From: Nitrosarchaeum sp. | Lineage (GTDB): Archaea > Thermoproteota > Nitrososphaeria > Nitrososphaerales > Nitrosopumilaceae | NCBI GenBank assembly: GCA_965223865.1 | Contig: OZ245020.1 | Span: forward strand, 832,001 to 896,000 | Direction: 5' to 3' | Length of the DNA: 64,000 nt | Shown: positions 62,019 to 64,000 of the stretch, in pieces | Layout: each line of letters begins with the position of its first letter | Numbering within the stretch: position 1 is the stretch's first letter | Position numbers and translations under genes: made by a program | Notes under the pieces: model-generated | What the model was told of the DNA's origin: nothing | The model's input: only the letters and a program-made list of their open reading frames with translations | Databases searched by the model: none

Positions 62019-63186
62019 TACGAATTTCTTCCTCCTTAGTAAGTACAATATCTAGTGTTTGTAAAACCTTTGCTATGTCTTCTTCAGATATTACTAAGGG
62101 CGGTAAAATTCTAAGAATATTTCTTCCTGAATATAGCATCAAAACTCCTTCTTTGATTAGGTTCATGAGGATGTTTCTTACTTCAAATTTTAACTCAACC
62201 CCTATCATTAGGCCTTTTCCTCTGATCTCTCTTATTATGGTGTGTTTTTCTTTTAGACTTTCTAATCCTTCTTTGAAAATCCTTCCCATTTTTTCTGAAT
62301 TTTCAATCAACCCATCTTCAGTTATTGCTTTTAGTGCTGCAATTCCTGCTGCGCAAGAAAGTGGATTTCCTCCAAACGTTGATGAATGTTCTCCCTTGCT
62401 AATTGAAGCAAGAATATTTGATCTGACAAGTGTTGCTCCCATTGGAACTCCTCCTGCAATTCCCTTTGCAAGACACATGATGTCTGGTGCTGTATTCCAA
62501 TGGTCACAAGCCCATAATCGACCTGTTCTTCCTAAACCTGCTTGAATTTCGTCAAAAATCAGAAGAATTCCTTTTTCATCACATAGTTTTCTAACTTCTT
62601 GCAAGAATCCCTCTGGAGCTACATTAATTCCACTCTCCCCTTGAATTGGTTCTAGAATTACAAATGCTGTATCATCATTTACTACAGAACGAAGTTCATC
62701 AACATCTCCAAAGGATACATATGAAACTTTTTCAACTAGTGGCGCAAATGCTTTTCTATATTTTGGATTAAAAGTCAAAGAAAGTGCTCCAAATGATTTT
62801 CCATGATATGATCCTTTCATTGCGACCATTCCTTTTTTTCCGGTGAACTTTCTTGCAAACTTCATTGCAGCTTCTACTGCTTCTGCACCACTGTTGTTAA
62901 GATGCACTTGAGTCAATCCTTTTGGTGCAAGACCAATTAGTTTTTGCAAAAATTCTTCTCTTGTTTTATTGTAAAGTGAGCTATGGACCGTAATTATTTT
63001 GTCTACTTGATCTTTAATAGCTTTGTTTACTTTTTCATTTTGGTGTCCAACAAGTGCTACTCCATATCCGCCCATACAATCAATGTACTCTTTTCCATCA
63101 ACATCCCATACATGAGCTCCTTTTCCTTTTTCAATAGTAACTGGAAATCTCTGATACAGATTTCCCATAAATTGATCTTCACTCAT
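62005..63186 (-). CDS. lysJ: LysW-aminoadipate semialdehyde/glutamate semialdehyde transaminase
   Basis: Class III aminotransferase (NSGAEA, DEIQ.G.GRTG, AKGIAGG). Confidence 0.92.
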   Translation of the reverse strand: MSEDQFMGNLYQRFPVTIEKGKGAHVWDVDGKEYIDCMGGYGVALVGHQNEKVNKAIKDQVDKIITVHSSLYNKTREEFLQKLIGLAPKGLTQVHLNNSGAEAVEAAMKFARKFTGKKGMVAMKGSYHGKSFGALSLTFNPKYRKAFAPLVEKVSYVSFGDVDELRSVVNDDTAFVILEPIQGESGINVAPEGFLQEVRKLCDEKGILLIFDEIQAGLGRTGRLWACDHWNTAPDIMCLAKGIAGGVPMGATLVRSNILASISKGEHSSTFGGNPLSCAAGIAALKAITEDGLIENSEKMGRIFKEGLESLKEKHTIIREIRGKGLMIGVELKFEVRNILMNLIKEGVLMLYSGRNILRILPPLVISEEDIAKVLQTLDIVLTKEEEIRNVQG

Positions 63187-63982
63187 GTTTTATCACAGTA
63201 CAGTTATCATGAGAAATCGCTGATGATATAGGGTTTTCTTTTTGTCCATTTGCAATAATTGCTTCTTTTACTCCCATGTCAAGTGCTTCAGTAGATGCTA
63301 AGATCTTTTTTTCCATTCCTGGTCCAATCTTTGGTCTGATTTCTTTTGCTTCAGCCAAAGTAAGATTTGTAACAAGTTTGTCATCCATTAATAGACCATC
63401 CACATTTGTAATGAACAGAACCTTGTCTGTCCCAACTTTTCCTGATACATATGCTGCTGCTCTATCTCCATCTACATTGAGAAATTCTGATTCTTCACTT
63501 ATTGCAATTGGTGATATTACTGGAACGAGGCCCTGATCAAGCAATGATCTGATAAATTCAGCATTAATATCGGTTATTTTTCCTGTATATCCACCATCTA
63601 TTGCCTGTTTTCGGCCCTTTTCATTGACAATCAGAAGTTTCTTTTTTCTATCTGCTTGAATGATTTTTGCATCAACTCCGGATAACCCTATGGCGTTTAT
63701 TCCATTTTTTTGAAGCATCTGAACAATTGTTTTGTTGATTCTACCTGACATTACCATTGTGAAAATTTCTGCAGTCTCTTTGTCAGTATATCTACTCTTT
63801 ATTCCACTTGGTGATGTAACAAACTTTGGTTCTTTTCCTAGCTGTTCACAAACTTTGGTAACTTCTTTTCCACCACCGTGAACTAAGATGAGTCCTTCAG
63901 TTTCTGCTACTTTTTTTATGTCTGCAATAGTTGACGGATGTAAATTATCTACTACACTTCCACCAATTTTGATAGTGATCAT
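63179..63982 (-). CDS. lysZ: LysW-aminoadipate/LysW-glutamate kinase
   Basis: KIGGS, VHGGG, SRYTD, LNVDGDRAA and GM.KK motifs. Confidence 0.93.
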   Translation of the reverse strand: MITIKIGGSVVDNLHPSTIADIKKVAETEGLILVHGGGKEVTKVCEQLGKEPKFVTSPSGIKSRYTDKETAEIFTMVMSGRINKTIVQMLQKNGINAIGLSGVDAKIIQADRKKKLLIVNEKGRKQAIDGGYTGKITDINAEFIRSLLDQGLVPVISPIAISEESEFLNVDGDRAAAYVSGKVGTDKVLFITNVDGLLMDDKLVTNLTLAEAKEIRPKIGPGMEKKILASTEALDMGVKEAIIANGQKENPISSAISHDNCTVIKHE

Positions 63983-64000
63983 TTCTATACTGGTGTAAGT

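Noticed and set aside
63985-64000. 3' tip of a gene (..LTPV*), probably lysY/argC
   Set aside because: Only 16 nt are visible, which is too little to call.

Overview
AT-rich chromosomal segment of an ammonia-oxidising archaeon (Nitrososphaerota/Thaumarchaeota, Nitrosopumilus-like). The assignment rests on a type IB topoisomerase, an archaeal histone, PEFG-CTERM and cupredoxin proteins, the ADP-forming 3-hydroxypropionyl-CoA synthetase/dehydratase pair and the LysW pathway. Two blocks of intact housekeeping genes (about 1-11.5 kb and 35-64 kb) flank a roughly 23-kb decaying island (about 11.5-34.8 kb) that abuts the 3' end of an intron-containing tRNA-Met. The island carries two broken tyrosine integrases, hicB with a truncated hicA, chimeric and frameshifted genes, and many Cys-rich microproteins below the ORF-track cutoff. 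The most unusual signals are: (1) two convergent tRNAs with serine-type bodies (long variable arm, G73) but Phe (GAA) and Ile (GAT) anticodons, which are candidate mistranslating tRNAs; (2) three 25-28 aa 'WWEG' peptide genes with a shared promoter, found at both island ends and linked to a recurring GCAA(CC)-loop hairpin; (3) a 106-nt multi-stem, probably pseudoknotted ncRNA; and (4) a LysW ending in EDWGQ rather than EDWGE. All calls come from reading the sequence by eye; no searches or folding programs were run.
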